Source of the DNA: the human T2T-CHM13v2.0 reference genome, Homo sapiens
Strand: one strand, 5' to 3'
Assembly: GCF_009914755.1 (NCBI RefSeq)
Contig: NC_060928.1
DNA length: 64,000 bases
The notes under the pieces were generated by a model. The model was given only the letters and a program-made list of their open reading frames with translations, searched no databases and was not told where the DNA came from. The position numbers and the translations under genes were made by a program. This document shows, piece by piece, positions 1-16,763 of this stretch (positions within the stretch are counted from its first letter, which is position 1; every line of letters begins with the position of its first letter).

Positions 1-662
1 CTCGGCTCCACTGCACTCCAGCCTGGATGACAGAGTGAGGATCCGTCTCAAAAAAAATAAAAATATAAAAAAGAATGTTCATTGTTGCATTTTCTAATTT
101 AAAAAACCTTGCTGGAAACTAAATGTCCATCAGAAAAAGAATGTATAAGTATATTGTGATGTAGCCATACAATGGAATACTGTTTAGCAGTTACAAAGGT
201 ATGCGTCAACATAATGAGTCCCAGAAACACAGGGTTGCATTTTGTTTTAAAGGCATGTGGCTAGGCACAGTGTCTCATGCCTGTAATCCCAGCACTTTGG
301 GAGGCTCAGGCAGGAAGATCACTTGAGCCTAGGAGTTCCAGGCTGCAGTGAGCTATGATCATGCCACTGCACTCCAGCATGGGCAACAGAGTGGGACTCT
401 GTGTCTAAAAAATAAGTAAATAAATACATAATTTAAAAGCATGCAAAACATGATTCAATATAAAACCATGTATATATAAAAATTTGTCAAAAAATTCTAT
501 ACAGTCTATATATTCCTTCCATATATTCTATGTAGTGTTTCCAGATACATATATATATAGCAAAAGTATGAAAATATTCATAGCAATAATAAACCAAATT
601 TGGGATAGTGGCTGCCTTTGAGAAATAGAATCAGGAAAAACAGGCATGCAGCCTTAAACTTA

Positions 663-1133
<471 letters not shown>

Positions 1134-1186
1134 TTAAAATGGTTAATTTTATGTTATATGCATTTTACCTCAATAAATATTTTCTC

Positions 1187-1500
1187 TTTTTTTTTTTTTT
1201 TTGAGACGGAGTCTTACTCTGTTGCCCAGGCTGGAGTGCAGTGGCATGACCTCAGTTCACTGTAGCCTCTGCCTCCCAGGTTCAGGCGATTCTCTGCCTC
1301 AGCCTCCTGAGTAGCTGGGATTACAGGCATCACCTGTACAGTGTACAGTGCCACCACACCAAGCTAATTTTTGTATTTTTATTAGAGATGAGGTTTCACC
1401 ATGTTGACCAGGCTGGTCTCGAACTCCTGGCCTCAAGTGACCTGCCCACCACAGTCTCCCAAAGTGTTGGGATTACAGGCGTGAGCCACTATACATGGCC
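1187..1500 (-). mobile_element. Alu
   Basis: Full dimer; TSD tcaataaatattttct. Confidence 0.9.
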
Positions 1501-1515
1501 TCAATAAATATTTTC

Positions 1516-1589
1516 TTAATATTTAAAAAATGAGTTCAGGTGGAACTTAAAGCTCTCACAAACGTTAATGACATTTTCTTTGACCATAT
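1516..1589 (-). pseudogene. Fossil-gene putative last coding exon
   Basis: ttgttttttttttgcattatgtag|AT ATG...TAT TAA; (N)MVKENVINVCESFKFHLNSFFKY*, in phase with the previous exon. Confidence 0.5.
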
Positions 1590-1655
1590 CTACATAATGC
1601 AAAAAAAAAACAATAAAAAGATGTAACTTTATTTTGTATTAATTATACCAGTGTG

Positions 1656-2285
1656 GGCCAGACAAGGTGGCTCATACCTGTTAATATAGTTGGGATTTGT
1701 GTTCCTACCCAAATCTCATGTGGAATTAGAGGAGGGACCTGAATGGAGGTGACTGGCTCATGGGGTGGATTTCCCTCTTACTCTTCTCATGATAGTGAGT
1801 GAGTTCTCAAGAGATCTGATGGTTTAAAAGTGTGTGGCACTTCCCCCTTCACTCTCTCTCCCTCTTCTGCCACCATGTGAAGAAGGTGCTTGCTTCCCCT
1901 TTGCTTCCGCTATGATTATAAGTTTCATGAGGCCTCCCAGTCTTGCAGAACTGTGAGTCAATTAAATCTCTTCTTCATAAATTACCCAGTCTCAGGTAGT
2001 TCTTTATAGTAGTGTGAAACAGACTAATACACCTGTAATCCCAACGCTTTCGGGCGCCAAGGCAGGAGGCTCTCTTGAGCTCAGGAGTTCAAGACTAGCC
2101 CGGGCCACATAGTGAGACCTCATCTCCACAAAAAAATTTAAAAATTAGTCAGACATGGTGCTGCATGCCTGTAGTCCCAGCTACTTGGGGGCTGAGATGG
2201 GAGGATCACTTGAGCCCACCATTGCACCATCACACTCCAGCCCGGGCAACAGAGTAAGACCCTGTCTCAAAAACAAATAAAAAAT
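1656..2285 (+). mobile_element. AluJ split by MSTA LTR
   Basis: GGCCAGACAAGGTGGCTCATACCTGT, then the LTR, then CCTGTAATCCC. Confidence 0.85.
1682..2031 (+). mobile_element. MSTA-like MaLR solo LTR nested in an AluJ
   Basis: CCCAAATCTCATG...GACTAATACA; 5-bp TSD CCTGT (1677-1681 / 2032-2036). Confidence 0.85.
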
Positions 2286-2443
2286 TGTATCATTGTGGTC
2301 CTCATAAGTGTGATTTTTAATAGGTGTACGGTTCCATATTCAAATCATTCTAGAAAAAGAATAATTAGGACCCTTTAAATAAAATATTCTTCATTCAGTG
2401 TACTACAAATAATAACTTGTCATTATCTACCTTCCTTACTCAC

Positions 2444-2547
2444 TGGGTGACTTCATGTCATCTGAACCCTGGCTGAGACAATTAACTAGATGTAAGGGAT
2501 TAACACAAATTGTTCACAATTTTTCTAAGCAGTCAAATATCCTCCAA
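2444..2547 (-). pseudogene. Fossil-gene exon (104 nt)
   Basis: cattttttttcag|T TGG...CCC A|gtgagt; WRIFDCLEKL*TICVNPLHLVNCLSQGSDDMKSP (single TGA, possibly from CGA). Confidence 0.6.
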
Positions 2548-2894
2548 CTGAAAAAAAATGTTCCTAATAAGAATGGTTTTTAATTTAGCTATTGACTCAT
2601 TTCCCACCAATGTAGTATCACATTTATAATTTAGATTTTATTATTCTAAATGGCTATTTGAGGGCATATTAAGAAAGAAGCTACAATATAAAGAACAAGT
2701 ATTAGAGTTAAAAAGAAAACTAATAATTACATAGCCTCTTTGAACCTTTAAGGCCCTTATTTACAAAATGTACAACAATGCTTAGAGAAAAGGATAACTG
2801 AGATAATTATTCAAGAAGCATAAATAAAAGCTTTTTATAAATTCCAAATGACTCCACAGAAGTGGGTAATTTAAATTTAAAAACCAAACGATTG

Positions 2895-4390
<1,496 letters not shown>

Positions 4391-4748
4391 GGGCCAGGTG
4401 TGGTGGTGCACACCTGTAGTCCCAGCTACTCGGGAGGCTGAGGTGAGAGCCTGGGAGCTAGAGGCTGCAATGAGCCGAGATCACGCCACCGCACTCCAGC
4501 CTGGGCAACAGAGAAAGACTGCCTCAAAAAGAAAAAATATATATATATGCAATCTGAATATTAAATCACCTCCAAGAACCAAGTGTTTTTTCAGGAAAAC
4601 ATGGAGCATCTTTCTTTCATTCAGTTGCCAACAACTGTCCATCATTTACCATCCACACAGTAAAATATTAATGTTTACAAAAGAAAATACTTACTTTTAT
4701 TGTACCATAGAACTTGATTTTTAAAATACAGGGCCATAAATTCCTTAC

Positions 4749-4783
4749 CACAAAATGATCTTAGCCAGGTAGTTATAAACCTT
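4749..4783 (-). pseudogene. Fossil-gene exon (35 nt)
   Basis: tttttttggtttaaaaacag|AAG...TTG TG|gtaagg; KVYNYLAKIIL(C). Confidence 0.45.
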
Positions 4784-4900
4784 CTGTTTTTAAACCAAAA
4801 AAATCAAATAGCACTTACATATTGGTAGAAATATATGTCTGTGAGTGACCTACTACCTATTGATTTGTATTATACATCATATTAGACATTGCCAATGTCT

Positions 4901-5475
4901 TGTAGTCAGGAACAGACCTGTGGTTGAACAAGTTGTGTTTATTATTCACACACACCATGAGGCTGTGATCCCAGCTATGTGGGAAGCTGAGGCACAAGAA
5001 TCACTTGAACCTGAGAGGCACACCATGAGGCTTGGCACACCTCTTTAAGAGGCTGTTAGAATATGTCATGTCTGGTTGTGATTTGAGGGAGAGTTCAAGG
5101 AAGCAGGGGTTCACCGTATACTGAGTGTTGGCAGAATATGAGGACAATTCTGTGACTGGCTACCTCAATAAATCTTATCTATAGGGAGGGCACTAGAGCA
5201 TAGCTCAAGCTATAATTGGTAGAGAAGCAACTGTCACTAATATTAGCCAGGAAGGGGGATGTTTGGTATTTTGGGGATGACACGGTAGCCTTATTTTTTT
5301 GCACATTTAGAAAAAAATGTGTGTTTATCTTGTATTGCATCACTTTAGCATGGTCTCAGATTGGCCTTGTCTAATGCTGATGTTTTGTGAAACTATGTCC
5401 AACAGGAGAGCGCCAAAGCCTACCAGTGAGTGCCAGGCTGGCCCCACAGGTCAAGGGCTGCCCTTCTCTTTCTCA
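4901..5475 (-). mobile_element. Old ERVL-type LTR (LTR53-like)
   Basis: - strand begins TGAGAAAGAGAAGGGCAGCCCTTGAC; family from memory. Confidence 0.5.
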
Positions 5476-5920
5476 GCATCCCTAATATGGTACATATGAT
5501 TTTAATTGCCAGCACTTAAAATGAACTTGTGATAAAATAGCTGTTTGGAAGGTAATTGTGAATAACTGTCATCAGAAAATGTTTAATAATAAATAATATG
5601 TTTAATACACATCTTTTATTAAGAAATTTATAAAAGTCAACACACCAATTTGAAATAAAAACTTAGGACAATAATAAAACATTCTCAAAAATAATGATTT
5701 TTTTCTAAGATATTTTTGTAGAGGTTACTTTCTGACAAAATATCAAGAATAGCACAAAAAAATCACATCTACCTTTTACTTGGATTTACCAACTGTTTAC
5801 ATAAAGTGTCGCTTTGGCCCTAAATACTTCAATATGCATTTTCCTAAGAACTAGGACATTTTATTATATAACCACAGCACAGTCACTGAAATAAAGAAAT
5901 CTAATACTGATACAAAACGA

Positions 5921-6567
<647 letters not shown>

Positions 6568-7041
6568 CCAGTAATGTTCTTATAGATGTCATCTTCACCT
6601 GGAGCAGGATCCAATCCAGGTTTATGCACTGCATTTAGTTATCACATCTCCTTTGTTTTTTAAAAAACTTGCAAGTCTCTCAGCCTTTGTGTTGCTTAGC
6701 CTTGACATGTTTAAGGAATCCAAGCCAGTTATTTTGTAGAATGTCCCTCACTTTGGGTCTGTCTTATGTTTCCTTATGATTAGATATAGGTTACACACTT
6801 TAGGCAGGAATGCATTTTTATGTTATATCTGATTCTTGCCAACAAAGACAACTCAAGTATAGTTGCATAAATATACAGAGAAAATACAGTCCCAAGAGTG
6901 ATTCATTTATTTCTTTCAATTGCTAATTGTTTATAATTTAAAAGTCTAGATCTAGAATATGATGTGGTGTATGTCTGTGGTAGCAAGTAGAGTAAGAATC
7001 TTTCTTCATTACATGATTATTTCAATGCGGTATTTCCTTAC

Positions 7042-7380
7042 AAAATAAACACTCTCATCAAGTTGATTTAGCAGTGCTGAGAGAGAGGAACTTTTACCAA
7101 TTTCTAATGTAGGCCCATGGTTTACTTTATGGCAAAGCTGCACTCCAGGTAAACTCCAACTAGGAAGCCCAACAAAGGTACCTGATGTGAAGCAAGACTG
7201 GGTTTAAGGGATCTAAGCCAATTCAACATATTATTCATGATTTCTGCCATGTAGCAGCTTCTCTAACTTATTTTGTTAATAGAGGCCTCCTGAAATCAAT
7301 GTCTTGGTTATTGTGCTGGTATTTCTACCCATTTATTTTCTCCTTATAGACATATTCTAGTTGTAATGTACCAAGAAGAT
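7042..7380 (-). pseudogene. Fossil-gene exon (339 nt, phase 0-0)
   Basis: aatttctag|ATC...TAT TTT|gtaagg; six stops in the first half, last 54 codons open (TQSCFTSGTFVGLPSWSLPGVQLCHKVNHGPTLEIGKSSSLSALLNQLDESVYF). Confidence 0.45.
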
Positions 7381-7511
7381 CTAGAAATTTGATATGTGCT
7401 TTTTTCTAAAACAAAGCATAACTTATGGTCTTCTAGTGTTGTGGGGGGTGGGAAGAGAGAAAAAAAAACAGAGAAACTCCACCTATAAAAATACTACCTA
7501 CACAGATTCTA

Positions 7512-7853
<342 letters not shown>

Positions 7854-8974
7854 CTACCCCCCAAAATCTAATAATGCAAAATATTTGGGGAAATAGGTTT
7901 TAAGCTTCACATGTATGAAATTGTCTTAAATGTTAAGCCCAAAAGATAATGATGATTTTATATCCACGAGTTAAGTCATAAGAAAGTAAATTATTTTTTG
8001 TTCAAAAGAAAGGAGTGTGTGTGGATGGACACACACACAAAAGGAAGAAAGGAGAAAGGTGAGGGGGAATGAATGGATCAATAAAAAAAAAACAGCCCCA
8101 GAAAGCACAATACTAGTCTTTATAAAGCTGAACCATGAACTTGAAGAAAAGATGCACAGGTGAGAAAAATCATTCTTTAAATGCTTTCAGTAGAAGCGGA
8201 AAAAAAAATTCGAGTTATTGCTATTTTATATGACTCATAGCAACTTAGTTTACACTGTGGAGGACAGTATAGCTCCCTACTTCAATCTTAGGTCAAATTT
8301 CTACCCAGAAAATGTCTTGAACTTGTCTTCACCCTTCCATTTCTACTGCCAATACTCATAAAGTCCTTAAATTAGTTCTTATTTCAATAGGTTCTAAGTG
8401 TCGTAACTAGTCTGTCTCTAGCGTCTTATTCTTCCGATCTTTTCTCAAACTCGTAATCAAAGTTATCTTTCTTATGTCTATTACCTTGATTGTGTTGATA
8501 GTTTTACAGGTATGTGCATATGTCCAAACTCAGCAATTGTATGTGTAGTTTATTATGTATCAACTATACCTCAATAAAGTTGTTTTCTTAAAAAGCAAAG
8601 TTATCTTTCTACAACACATATCCAATCACATCCCTCTCCTCGACATGACATACATGTCCTTCCAGCCTCAGCTCCCACAGGCCTGCATATTAGAAAAGGC
8701 ATCAATCATGGAAAATGCCAGGACTTTCATATCGCCATGCCTTTGTTTAGATTGTTCTCTCTCTGGAATACCCATTCTAATCTCTTTTCCATCCAACCAA
8801 ACCCTACTCGTTCTTCAAAGCCCATATCTTCAACATTATAAGCTTTTCCTGATTCTTTCCACATACCCTCAATCCATTGATATTAAACCCGTCCTATGCT
8901 CCACACTTCCTTCACACCTCAGTAACAGCAATAGGATTGAAGTACAGTTCGATGTAGAGCAAGGCACTTGATAA

Positions 8975-9523
<549 letters not shown>

Positions 9524-10122
9524 GAAACTTTTTATTATGAAAACGTTCAGGCATACATAAGAATAGACACAATAGTATAATAAATTCCCATGTGATTATC
9601 CCCCAGCTTTAACAATTATGAACATTTTACTCCGATCTTGTGTAATCTCTATTGCTTCCTGTCATCACTGTCTGGATATTCTCCTCCATACATTTTCTTT
9701 TTTGAAGAAATTGCATCTGTCATTTTTCAACCTAGAAAATGTTTTTTATTAGTTTGATGGGTATTATACCTTTATTTTTATCAAGATTTATTGCGATATA
9801 CATGAATTATAATGTTGAAATAAAAAACAATTTCAACCTTGAACTTCTCGTTGCTTAATAACAGTAACAACATTACCTCACCTATTACTTATTGAGTGCC
9901 TACTATAGACCACGCATGGCTAGCAACCATCATATATGTTATCTCATCTTTTTAACAACCCTCTAAAGTGGATATTATTAGCTGTATTATAGACAAGAAA
10001 AGTGAAGCTGAGAAAGTTATTTCCAAGTTATTAAAGGATTATTACTGAGTTCAGATCAGTTTGTCTGTGTTTTCCACTCTACCTCATTACCTCTAAATAT
10101 CCCTTCCCTTATATCTACCTAC

Positions 10123-10149
10123 TGAAATCTTCTTATCTATTCTGTCAGC
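10123..10149 (-). pseudogene. Fossil-gene micro-exon (27 nt)
   Basis: ttctgttttttctcgttag|GCT...TCA|gtaggt; ADRIDKKIS. Confidence 0.4.
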
Positions 10150-11686
10150 CTAACGAGAAAAAACAGAATACATAATAAAAATCAGAAAATGAGGCAGTAA
10201 TCAGGGTCCCTAATTTTAAAATTATAAAATGATATAAGACAATAAAATTATATAAAATATCAAATGCATCTTGCAGCTTAAAAATAATAAACTGAAAAGT
10301 GACTTTCAGAAGGCATATAATAGGAAAAGATTTGTTGCTTCATAAACAATCAATATTAAAAAATACATGCTGTTTTTCATATAACTCATATGACAAAAAG
10401 TGAATGGGATTTTGGAAACAATTATCTAGGGATCAGTGACCTCAAAGTGTGCTCCCTGGACCAGCAAAATCAGCATCAGCCAGGAACTGCAATTTGAAAT
10501 GCAAATAAGTTGACTTATTTGTTATGAGAAAACTAAAAATCTATTTAAGATTATATGCTTTTTTATTGCTCGATACTGAACAGCATAATAAATGTGTTAA
10601 ATTTTTTATTTGACCTAAATAAACGTGTTAAATATACACATATACCATATTCATAAATACATAGTAAAATAGATATACATAGGGGCAAAAACCAGAAGGA
10701 AATATGCAAAAAAAGTAATATACATTGATAATTGGATTTTGTTTTCTTTTCTCTTTCTTTTTAACTGATTAAATTGTCTCTAAAACTAAATTCCATAAAC
10801 ATTTTTATTCCTATTTTATACATGGGAGCACAGGTTCAGAGGAGATAATTTTCCCAAGGTCAAAGAATCAGTAAGTTCCATGAACTGGGTTTAAAGTAGA
10901 GGTTCATGACCAAGTTCAATTTGCTATTACACCATGTGGTCCTTAAGCAAGTCTTATCATTTTACAATAGAAACACTTAAAATATAAATATGTATTATAA
11001 GGCAATGCACAAAAATAAATTTTTTAAGAACCCAAATGTGATGTTTAATATCATGTTTAAAGATCAAATGTGCAATGGTCATTATCTACCAGCTTCGTTT
11101 AGTTACTAGGTTTTTGCAATGTTGAAAAAATTATGTTCACAAGCTTGAAAAATGTCTCAGCCAATTTCTTGAAAATATGTTAAATTGACCATATTATTAT
11201 GGTCAATTTATTATTATGTAATTTTTATTTATTATGTAATATTTATCAAACTTGAGGTAAAAGTGAATAGTAAAAATGAAAAACTAAGATAGTAGAATTT
11301 TATAATATAATAAAAAAGATAACAATGGGTATAGTATATCAGTAAGTTCTAGCATTCCTAAAAGACTTCCAAAAAAAGTCCTTTGGTAGGACTAAGGATT
11401 GTTGAGTGGGCAATATTAATCATAAGGAAAATGATTAAGAAGAGGGAGAAATGTAAGGTTAGTTAATAAAAATAGAATAAAGTCAGTGAAAGTAGGGGAA
11501 TTATGTAAGTTACTAAGACCTTATAGAAAACAAAAAAACAAAATCTAACCAAAAAAAAAAAAAAAAGACAGAATAAAGAGGAGACTAATGTGGAATGTTT
11601 ACATTCTTGCCTCTACCAGAATTCTAGGCCAAAAGTAGAGCATCAGTTTGACTTTCTGGAAAGATTTCTTCTGAGACTGAATTAAT

Positions 11687-12053
11687 TGATATGGTTTGGC
11701 TGTGTCCTCACCCAAATCTCATCTTGAATTGTTACTCCCACAATTCCTACGTGTCGTGGGAGGGACCCAGTGCCAGTGAAAGGTAATTGAATCATGGGGG
11801 CGGGTCTTTCTGGTGCTGTTTTCATGATAGTGAATAAGTCTCACGCGATCTGATGGTTTTATAAAGAGGGGTTCCCCTGCACAAGCTCTCTCTCTGCCTG
11901 CCGCCATCCACTGAAGATGCGACTTGCTCCTCCTTGCCTTCTGCCATGATTGTGGGGCCTCCCCAGCCCTGTGGGACTGTAAGTCCATTAAACCTCTTCT
12001 TCTTCCCAGTCTCGGGTATGTCTATATCAGCAGCATGAAAACGGATTGATACA
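11687..12053 (+). mobile_element. THE1A/B MaLR solo LTR
   Basis: TGATATGGTTTGGCTGTGTCC...GAAAACGGATTGATACA. Confidence 0.9.
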
Positions 12054-13184
12054 CTAAATAAATATAAGGTGTCCTGGCCATAGGACCCCCTCCTGAGTAT
12101 AATAAAAATATATGTGGTATTTTAACACAATTAGGAGGTAGCAAGCTCTCTACCCCGGGTGAAGGTCTGGAGAGGAGTTTGGGCTGAGTTTAGTATAAAA
12201 GAAGATCTGCATCTTATACCATATGTAAAAACTAATTCTATATTAAAGACTTAAGTGTAAAAAAATTAAAATCATTCAATAAAGTCTCCTATAAACAGAT
12301 AAAAACTTCAAAGCCAAGACTAGAAACCAAGTAGCTATTTTTAAAATAGACATGTTTAACTACACAAGAATATGAAAAAGAGCTCTTACAAATTGACAAT
12401 AAAAAAAGAAAAACAACTCCATAAAGTTAGATAGCAGAAGAACAAATTGAAATAGCCAACAAACATATGAAAAGTGTTCAAATTCATTAGCTCTCAGGGA
12501 AATGCAAGTTAAAGTAAGAATGAAACTTTATTCCTATCAGACTAGCAAAAATTAAGAGAACCTATGAAAATTGTTGATCGTTTCTGGTGAGAAAGTGAAG
12601 GAAAAGTACTTTCATAAGTTGCTAGTGGGAGCATTAAGCATTATAATCTTTTTGAAAATCACTCTGATAAATCTATTAAAATTAAAAATACATATACTCC
12701 TCAGCCCAACAATTCTACTCATGGGAATTTATTCCAAAGAAATAAAAGTATGATTATGTTAAAAATATCTATAAGGACCTCAATGTTCTAGTAGCAAAAC
12801 CCTGAGCATAAAGTGGATGCCACAGGGGAAAGATGAAATGGGATTTGGAGGAATATCCAGAAGATATTATTGAATGAGAAAGGTAAGATACAGAAAAAAA
12901 AAAATGTGTATACATTACCATTTGTTCAACAGTGCCACAAAAACACCATTACATATATGGATACACACACACAAACACATATACATGTGTGTGCCACATT
13001 TATGGTTTATGACCATAGAGGAAAAGTATGGCAGAATTCATATTAAGTTGCTAACATGTATTGTCTTCTTGTGGGGAGGGGGAAAGGGTTTATGAGGAGG
13101 AAGAAGGGAAGGGAAGAAATGGTGAAAAAAAGGAAGGAAAACAGCCACACTAAAAATTATTACACTCTTTTTAGTGGATCTTAC

Positions 13185-13232
13185 TGCTACCCCTATTTTC
13201 CCTTCTGCTGACCAAGGTGGTCCACCACATTC
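13185..13232 (-). pseudogene. Fossil-gene exon (48 nt)
   Basis: tgtttcgtgtttcttag|GAA...GCA|gtaaga; ECGGPPWSAEGKIGVA, phase 0-0, open. Confidence 0.6.
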
Positions 13233-13580
13233 CTAAGAAACACGAAACACATTACACTAAAAATGAGTGCTGCAAAAGCACTAAGCAACTGGAAAAAATT
13301 ATACAGGTTAAAGAATAGGTAATTCTTATATGAAAAGAGCAAAATTATATCCATTCTTTCATTTTTTAGCTAGCTAATACAAGGAGTTTCTTTTATCAAT
13401 AAGTATCTTGATGGCCAATTCCTAGCTAATAAATGCCATCAATTCATATTAAAATATAAACTGAGTGTTTATTCTGTGCAAGGCACTACTCAAGGCACTG
13501 TAGAAAACACAAAACAACAAAGGTCCCCCACTTTCCTTTCTGTTTTAACATGTGGAAGACTGGAAGACTTCCATCCTCAC

Positions 13581-13614
13581 ATCTTCTAGTCTGCTCAAAG
13601 CACTGTAGAAAATC
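13581..13614 (-). pseudogene. Fossil-gene exon (34 nt)
   Basis: ctttttgcatttag|G ATT...GAT|gtgagg; IFYSALSRLED. Confidence 0.55.
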
Positions 13615-14430
13615 CTAAATGCAAAAAGTAGCATCCTCTTCTTCACAAGAATGGGAAATGTCATTCAGTGTAGAGCTCCCATTAGTTACGACTAGTTCTA
13701 AAAGTATTCAGCATTTTTCATATTGTAGCACTGCCTGTATTCTTCCAGTCAGGCTAAACTGTCCTCAGCTCCTTAGGTGTCTCTCCGTGAAAAGATTTTC
13801 CTGTGTGCTCCTTGAAGGAAGCTACCCCATGAAACTTAACCACCCAGCTTCCACTGGCTAAGGGTCTTTTCTCATTCAAAAATCTCCTATACTCTATCCG
13901 AGCTTCAGTGAATTCAGTCTCACTTCCTCATGCTATTCAGTTCTATTACAAGCCTTCCATCAAACATTTAAGAAGAGGAAAAAATAAAGACAAAAACCAA
14001 CCCCCTAACCCCCAAATCAAACCAAGTGAAACACATTTTACTTCTTTTTATTTCCCTCTGGGGAAAAACATTATTCACCCTCGTGGCTTTAACTGCCAAT
14101 GACTATATGCCAGTGACAACATGTCTAGCTGTGACCCCTCGTAAGGCCCACTTCCAAGTTAGACATTAGACATCTCCAACTTGATATCCCATGAGTCCCT
14201 CATGATTTAATATACTCCAAACCAAACTGATACTCCCCAAATCTCATCTATCTGTATATCTTAGCTACTTATTCGGCTGCAGAAGCCAGAACCCTGAGTC
14301 CTGCTTGATTTATAATTTTGTTTTGTTTTATTGCTTATTATCTGTACAACGATGTAGCTTCTCGAAGACTGATTGAGTCTTTGATCTCTGTAACTGGCAT
14401 GATGCAGTATCTGGCAGATAAAAGTTGAAC

Positions 14431-14813
14431 AGGTCAGGCATGGTGGCTCACACCTGCAATCTCAGCACAAGGGCAACAAAGCGAGAACTCCACCTCCATA
14501 AATAAATACCTAAGTCAGCCAGATGCAGTGGCATGTGCCTGTAGTCCTAGTTACTCAGGAGGCGAAGGCAGGAGGATTGCTCGAACCCAGGAGTTTGAGA
14601 GCAGCCTGGACAACATAGCGAGGCCTTGTCTCCGCTAAAAATCAAATAAATTAGCCAGGCATGGTGGTGCATACTTGTTGTCCCAGCTACTCAGGAGGCT
14701 GAAGCTGGAGGACTGCTCGAGCCCAGGAGATCAGGGCTGCAGGGAGCTATGATTGTACCAGTGCACACCAGCCTGGGCAACAGAGCAGAGGCCCTGTCTC
14801 AAAAACAAAAAAA
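14431..14813 (+). mobile_element. Composite AluJ
   Basis: Rearranged Alu arms. Confidence 0.8.
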
Positions 14814-16172
14814 AGTGCACTATGAAAAATGTGTATATGGATTTTAAGATTATTTTGCACCAAAATAAACTTGTACCAGCTTGTTACAACATGTCTGAAC
14901 AAGATCTAGTTTGAGGTAGTAAAAAGAATAAGACATCAGTTTTAAAAAGATCCCTATCAGAGCAACATGCTACTGAAATTGAAACGAAACAAACATCGAC
15001 TTTATGGTGGGGCATGGGTGGGAGAATGGTGAAATCACTGATACTTTACGGGAAGTTTATGGGGACAATGCCCCAAGGAAATCAGCAGTTTACAAATGGA
15101 TCAGTCCTTTTAGAAAGGAACAAGACAAGCTGAAGATGAAACTCACGGCGGCAGACCACCCACATCAATTTTTTAGAAAAAAATGATAAAAATGTTTGCA
15201 GTGGTTCACACCTATAATCCCAGCACTTTGGGAGTCCAAAGTGGGTAGATCACAAGGTCAGGAGATCGAGATCAGCATGGACAACATGGTGAAACCCCAT
15301 CTCTACTAAAAATACAAAAATTATCCAGGCATGGTGGCGTATGCTTATAGTTCCAGCTACTCAGGAGGCTGAGGCATGAGAATTGCCTGAACCCAGGAAG
15401 CAGAGCTTGCAGTGAGCCAAGATTGTGCTGCTGCTGCTGCACTTCAGTTTGGGCAACAGAGTGAGACTCTGTCTCAAAAAAAAAAAAAAAAGGATGTGGC
15501 TGAAGATCCTGAAGTATTGCTTTGAAGAATTGTAATGGGAAATGAAATACGGCTTTACCAGTACAATCCAAAAGGCAAAGCACAATCAAAGCAATGGCTA
15601 CTAAGAGATGGAAGTAGTCCAGTCAAAGCAAAAGCAGACCAGTTAAGCGCAAAGGTCATGGCAAAAATTTTCAGGGATGCCCAAGGCATTTTGCTTGTTG
15701 ACTGTCTGAAGGGCCAAAGAACAATTAGATCTGCTTATTATGAGTGTTTTAAGAAAGTTAGCCAAGGCTTTAGTTTAAAAAAAAATGCCTGGAAAAGCTT
15801 CAGCAGAGTCCTCTACCATGACAATGTTCATGCTCATTCCTCTCATCAAACGGAAAATTTTGCAAAAGTTTCAATGGGAAATCACTAGGTTTTTGCCTTA
15901 CAGTCCTGATTTTGCCCCTTCTGACTTCCTTTTGTTTTCAAATCCTAAAAAATCTTGAAAAGGCACCTATTTTTCTTCAGTTAATTATGTAAAAAAGACT
16001 GCATTGACTTGGTTAAATTTCCAGGATTCTCAGTTCTTTAGGGGTGGACTAAGTGGCTATCATTGCTTACAAAACTGTCTTGAGCATGATGGAGTTATTT
16101 TGAGAAATATGTTTACATTTTTAATTTTTATCTTTTAATTTCATCTTTCAAAAACTGTTTGAAGTCCCCTTG
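14814..16172 (+). mobile_element. HSMAR2 mariner DNA transposon, degenerate and Alu-interrupted
   Basis: Transposase remnants VYGDNAPRKSAVYKW (HTH), HDNVHAH and PYSPDFAPSDF (15896-15928); 3' TIR ...TTTGAAGTCCCCTTG followed by TA. Confidence 0.9.
15197..15491 (+). mobile_element. Alu inside HSMAR2
   Basis: Near-full dimer with A tail; no TSD seen. Confidence 0.9.
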
Positions 16173-16177
16173 TATAG

Positions 16178-16518
<341 letters not shown>

Positions 16519-16624
16519 CCACAAAGAAACAAATTTAATCACTTATTAATACAAATGATAACATGTAGAATAAAACAAATTCCAAAAAGTTGCAAATGCC
16601 AGATAGAAAACTAAGCTCACTCAC

Positions 16625-16763
16625 AAGATAAGTGATCTGATGGCACTACACATCAGCCTCAAAGCTTGTAATTCAAATGCTCCATGACTTTCAGAGCCAT
16701 TTGCAAGCAGCTGAAACTGCAAATGCTAGATCTGTAATTGTTAATGGAGTCTGTTTTTACATG
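16625..16763 (-). pseudogene. Fossil-gene exon (139 nt; acceptor AG>AA)
   Basis: gttttcttttaa|CA TGT...ATC TT|gtgagt; CKNRLH*QLQI*HLQFQLLANGSESHGAFELQALRLMCSAIRSLI. Confidence 0.45.

Noticed and set aside
1331-1349. Short fold-back-like insertion (CACCTGTACAGTGTACAGT) in an Alu
   Set aside because: Visible but too short to separate from ordinary slippage.
4695-4783. Longer 89-nt version of a fossil exon (RFITTWLRSFCGKEFMALYFKNQVLWYNK, donor at 4689-4694)
   Set aside because: Open in one frame but its phases do not fit the neighbouring exons. The 35-nt form was preferred; an ortholog is needed to decide.
8555-8971. 138-aa ORF
   Set aside because: Lies in pyrimidine-rich L2/L1-derived sequence with no splice or homology support.
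15004-15888. Transposase ORFs as an active or domesticated mariner
   Set aside because: Frameshifted, Alu-interrupted, first catalytic motif degenerate (TGDETW read as MGNEIR), 5' TIR missing.
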